A stretch of 62,744 nucleotides of DNA, the filler included, from Basidioascus undulatus (lineage: Eukaryota): the NCBI GenBank assembly GCA_000826855.1. It is 4 parts of 4 records of this genome, joined end to end, with 100 filler letters (N's around TTAATTAATTAA, not from the genome) between each part and the next. Parts side by side here need not be neighbours in the genome. Positions count along the whole stretch, not along the records: positions 47,144 to 62,744 come from JTLS01000636.1; 3 more parts are not named here. One strand, written 5' to 3'. The notes under the pieces are model-generated. The model did not search any database and was not told the origin of the DNA. It was given only the letters and a program-made list of their open reading frames with translations. The position numbers and the translations under genes are program-made. Below are positions 59,606 to 62,744 of the stretch, piece by piece (position 1 is the stretch's first letter; every line of letters begins with the position of its first letter).

Positions 59606-61296
59606 TCACAGACCTCTATTAAACTCGACCTCCAGCACCCTCCTCCCCTCCTTATCCCTAACCACCTCCTCCCCCCACAGCGTCCGCGCACTAACCGTCG
59701 CGCGCTGAGGGAAGACCGCAATCGCAGGGGGCAAGAACACCAGCAAGCTCCCCCCCGCGAGCGCGAGGCTCGTGGCCTGCTCGATGATCTTCCCGCGCGG
59801 GTTGGCGAAGACGCCGCGCCGCGCGAGAGACGTGAGGATCAGAGGGGGGAGTATGAGGGTCGGGATGTTCGTTCCGACGCGTGAGGCGGCCGTTTGCGCC
59901 ACCGCCAGCGTGCCTGCCAGACGGGATTTCGGACCGACTTCATGTCGCTCTTCTTCGGGCAGGAGGCCGACGCCTTCGACGGTCTTGGCGCGGACGGTGA
60001 TGCCGTTGACAATTTCTTTGTACCTGTAAGGGTTGAAGGGGTTGAGTAGGAGAGCGAGAGCTGGCTCGCCGTGAGGGGACGGACCGCATGGTGGAGATGT
60101 TGACGAGACCGGCGAAGACGACGGAGGCGAAAGGCTGAGATGAGGTTACAAGTAAACGGACCCCTTTCAGTTTTAATTCAAACCATAGTTGTGTACAACA
60201 GCAAACGACATACCACCATCCGACCCAACAGCACCTTCGTGGTAGCCCCGACATTAAGCTTCGGCACGACGCGGGTAAGCGCGAACGCGATGCCGACGGA
60301 CGAGCCAGTCGCGGCGAAGTAAGACGCAGCGAGCTCGGAGTTGGAGAGGGGCGTGGACCTGATTCGCCCCGGTGAGCAAGGTAGGCGCGGAAGAAGGTGT
60401 GCAGGACGGAGACACGCACTTGTTAGCGTTCGCCGAGTTGACGGCGACGTTTAGGGTCTGGTTCGCCCACTGCCAGAAGATGGTTTGCCGGAGCTAGATG
60501 GTAGGAGGGGAGGAAAGTGTTAGGCATGGAGAGGCGTCAAAGGCGGTAAGTGGGCGACGGACGGTGGGGTTCGGGGCGAGCATGCCGGCAACAATGACCT
60601 GCAAAGCGTCGGCGGATCAGAAATGTGTCGTTTATATGCGTGCATTGAGAACGATTTACCAGGTTCGTTGGCACAAAGGCCGACATGCGGAAGGGCAGTG
60701 GCACAGGCTTGCCCGTGTCTGCGCGCGACATCTCCGTCAGCTTGCCTGCCACCTGCTTCCATCCTAAGCTACGCACCAGGGTGGATAGAGCTGTCCACCA
60801 CTTCATTCCCAGCCCCCATTTCAGCATCCTCCCCTAGTGCCCAAAAGAATGAGAACCACTGACGCTGCTTGTCCTTCCAGTACTTCTCCCGCTGCGCCCC
60901 GTCGACCCACACCCCACCAGCGGACTTCTTGATCCGCTCGTCCACATCCTTCACGTTCTTCACTGCCTCCTCCAGGCGTGCGGACCTGGAGGGTGCTCGT
61001 TAGCGCGGGAGGCACCCGAGGGTTGGGAGGACGCGTCCGCACGATGCGAGGAGAGTGAGAGGGGACGTGGCGCTGATGAAGTAGCGCAGACGACCTATGC
61101 CCCCAGTTCACCTTAGCCATGCCCGTAGTGGGCTTCCCTGTAAAGTGCCAAGCTTACCGGTGTAGGTGGACAAGTCATAGCGAGGTTGTGCTACAGTAAC
61201 ACGCCTGCCTTCAGCACGCTCGCGTCTCCAATCGAGGCAGGAACACGTACAGATGTCGTAGAGTTCCTTGCTCTGGCTCGCAGCGGCCGCGCTCAT
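59606..61296 (-). CDS. FSF1: Sideroflexin / mitochondrial tricarboxylate carrier family
   Basis: PRYDLSTYTGR, DSSIHPDTGKPVPLPFRMSAFVPTN, IFWQWANQTLNVAVNSANAN, AQTAASRV, PPAIAVFPQ, FNRGL*. Confidence 0.92.
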
Positions 61297-61483
61297 CCTG
61301 GTCTATTTTCTAAGGGTATAGTGTCCTCAGCTCGTATGAGATGAGCGGGAAGGGAGAAGGCCGGTCGTGACTTCGACTTCTGATGTTGGCGGAGGATGCT
61401 GAGTCAGCACACATGCAAGTCAAGGCCAAGCGAGAAGCACTGCGCACTTGACTCTGACCCTCATCACTCTCCGCTCGGATATC

Positions 61484-62744
61484 ATGCTGCTTTCATCTGC
61501 AGCAGGCGCAAGCCGCGCTACGACCCGCGTTCCGCCCGAGTTCCAGGCGGTGATCCTGTGTGGATACGGCCAGCAGTACGTCTGGCAGTCCTGGGTGTTC
61601 TCGTCGCAAACCCCACGCTGATCTTTGTTTCTCTTCGCTGCAAGGCTGTTTCCCCTGCTTGAGACCATCCCAAAGCCGCTCCTTCCTGTTGGAAACGAGC
61701 CCGTCCTGGGCTACACCCTCCGCTGGGTCGAGGAGTCTGGCATCAGAGGTGGGTCCGCTTCCTCCATCTCCATCTCCCAATCACCATCTCCCATCTTTTC
61801 CGTCTTCCCGTCTTCCGCTTGCTCATCCCCCGGCCTGCGGCGCAGACATCCTCGTCCTCTCACCGACCTCTTCCTCCTCCCAAATCTCGCCCTACATCCG
61901 CAACTTCTCTTCGGCCTCTCTCCCCATCCTCGGCGCGCCGGCCGGCGCCGCGAACCACAAGGAGAGCGATCTGCGGATAGAGTACGAGACGGTGGATGAT
62001 GAGGAGTGTGTCGGCTGGGACACGGCGGACTGGGTCCGGAAAGCGAAGGAGTGGATCAAGGTGAGCATGCTTCTTAGTACGTATGTTACCAATAACATGT
62101 CCAACCCTTCTCGGATGGTGCAGACCGACTTTGTTCTACTCCCTTGCGACATCCTCCCCCCTCCCTCGCTGCCCCTCTCCCGAATCCTGGACGCCCACCG
62201 CCTCACCTCCTCCTCCACCCTCATCACCTCCCTCTTCTACGAGAAGACCGACCTGGGCGGGCGCGAAGGCCCGCCCGCGCACCTGACGGTCTACGACGCG
62301 CGCAGCTCGACGCTCCTGCAGGCTGGCGAGCTCGGCGACGTGCCCGACACGCTCGAGCTGCGCTCCAGCCTCGTGTGGAAGTTCCCCAAGATCACACTTA
62401 CCAGCGCACTGCTCGATGCGCACGCGTACGTCGTACGCAAGCCTGTGCTCGACCTGCTCAGCGCGCGCCCCGAGATCGCTAGCTTCAGGGAGGACCTCGT
62501 GCCGTGGTTGTGCAAGTGGGCTTGGCAGAAGGGGATGTGGGATCGGTGGGGCGGCGGTCCGTCTTCCTCTCTCTTGCTTCCCATCCTCCAGCGTCCCTGA
62601 CGTCCCCTCATTCCGCAGCCCTCAACCTCCCTCCCGACCCCTTTGAGCTCGCTCTCGCGCACAGCACGACCAACACTGACCCGCCTCCCATGGGCGGGGC
62701 GTTCCCCGACCTCTCCGCCTCGACCACGACCACCGTCGGCGCGC
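61484..62744 (+). CDS. GCD1: Translation initiation factor eIF2B gamma subunit, 3' truncated
   Basis: EFQAVILCGYGQ.LFPL..IPKPLLPVGNEPVLGYTLRWVEESGI, DFVLLPCD, LELRSSLVWKFP..LLDAHAYV..IASFREDLVPWLCK. Confidence 0.85.

Overview
Intron-rich, GC3-biased fungal (basidiomycete, probably Pucciniomycotina-like; taxon is inference) genomic DNA. The window is not one locus. It is four contigs of 15626, 15615, 15602 and 15601 bp, in descending size order, joined by identical 100-bp artificial spacers (44 N + TTAATTAATTAA + 44 N), so neighbourhoods across spacers are meaningless. Contig 1: BTB protein, HAD/haloacid dehalogenase-like hydrolase, complex I NDUFS4, CCDC25/Jlp2, Aurora kinase and a 20-exon ERG4. 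Contig 2: partial Fhl1-like FHA protein, Git3-like GPCR, NAD-dependent epimerase, a putative secreted Cys-rich protein, F-box/LRR-like genes and a Pcl/Clg1-type cyclin. Contig 3: SMC1, a cluster of F-box/LRR-like genes and pseudogenes, and a partial MGRN1-like protein. Contig 4: partial inositol 5-phosphatase, NTM1/Tae1, Ubp14, a small SERTA-like/acidic protein, a DNA ligase I paralog, sideroflexin and partial eIF2B-gamma. The most unusual non-genic signal is an approximately 36-bp periodic array of a palindromic GTGC-N6-GCAC motif at 26.5-27.0 kb. I found no convincing complete novel system. Exon models were assembled by eye and product calls come from recalled family motifs, not database searches.
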